Positions 63,536 through 64,000 of a DNA stretch of 64,000 nucleotides are shown here, piece by piece. Positions within the stretch are counted from its first letter, which is position 1. Each line of letters starts with the position of its first letter. The stretch covers positions 18,512 to 82,511 of the forward strand of contig JBEPZV010000008.1 in assembly GCA_041640655.1 (NCBI GenBank). Direction: 5' to 3'. The position numbers were made by a program, and so were the translations under genes. This stretch comes from a bacterium. GTDB taxonomy: Bacteria; Acidobacteriota; Blastocatellia; HR10. Under the pieces are notes generated by a model. That model was not told where the DNA came from. It saw only the letters and a list, made by a program, of their open reading frames with translations, and did not search any database.

Positions 63536-63981
63536 ACGACCTGCGCGATCTCTACCAAGAGGTGCTGCTCGACCACAGCAAGCGGCCGCGAAACTTCGGC
63601 GTGTTGGAGGATGCGGATCATCAAGCCGTCGGTCACAATCCGCTCTGCGGGGACAAGGTCGTCGTGTATCTTCGAATGGAGGGCGATCGGATCGCGGACA
63701 TTCGCTTTCAGGGGCAGGGCTGCGCCGTCTCACAAGCCTCGGCCTCGATGATGACCGAGAGCGTCAAGGGGAAGACGCGCGCGGAGGCCGAGGCGCTCTT
63801 CGAGCGTTTCCATGAATTGCTCACGGGCACAGGGCCGGAGACGGCATCTCCCGAGCTGGGGAAGCTGGCCATCTTCGCGGGCGTGCGAAAATATCCCGTG
63901 CGCGTCAAATGCGCGACGCTCGCCTGGCATACGCTGCGCGCCGCCTTGGAACGAAAGGCGGAGATGGTCTCGACCGAATGA
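63532..63981 (+). CDS. sufU: SufU (NifU-like sulfur transfer protein)
   Basis: [34 protein letters not shown]. Confidence 0.94.
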   Translation: MNDLRDLYQEVLLDHSKRPRNFGVLEDADHQAVGHNPLCGDKVVVYLRMEGDRIADIRFQGQGCAVSQASASMMTESVKGKTRAEAEALFERFHELLTGTGPETASPELGKLAIFAGVRKYPVRVKCATLAWHTLRAALERKAEMVSTE

Positions 63982-64000
63982 CGCCGACTGCGGGGAGGGA

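Noticed and set aside
63978..64000. Start of a further suf-operon gene (ATGA overlap with sufU)
   Set aside because: Only seven codons are in the window, so it cannot be identified

Overview
High-GC bacterial chromosomal window, densely coding, with no integrase, prophage, CRISPR array or intact IS seen. The gene content (Oar-type TonB-dependent receptor, CarboxypepD_reg barrel protein, BamD, branched-chain polyamine synthase) suggests a thermophilic diderm, probably Acidobacteriota (inference). In order: ECF sigma/anti-sigma/MacAB-like efflux operon; M16 peptidase; Csp, orphan HTH and HU; DUF1800-DUF1501 plus a heme-motif/dockerin protein; ferredoxin and cytochrome c'; beta-barrel, PDZ-sensor kinase and sigma54 activator; SbcD/YhaN-like pair; TonB-dependent receptor; tRNA-Leu(CAG); IscS and DUF62; a five-gene FHA/Ser-Thr kinase/RDD/PP2C/PrsW-FHA operon; speD-bpsA-mrpABCDEFG; two thioredoxin-fold genes; nadC, valS; a cobB-larC-metG-tatD-EEP-PASTA-rpe-bamD run; and Rrf2-sufBCDSU. 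Best candidates for undescribed biology: (1) the zinc-ribbon/FHA phospho-signalling operon ending in a PrsW-FHA fusion protease; (2) a sigma54 circuit read from the DNA, with tandem TTCC-N8-GGAA sites 21 bp apart upstream of both the kinase and the receptor, plus an IHF site and a perfect -24/-12 box; (3) a shared ECF-type promoter (CGTAACCGG-N13-AACGT-N2-TAC) before the ECF operon and a thioredoxin operon 42 kb away; (4) a double Shine-Dalgarno/uORF leader on speD-bpsA. All calls come from motif recognition by eye; no database searches were run.
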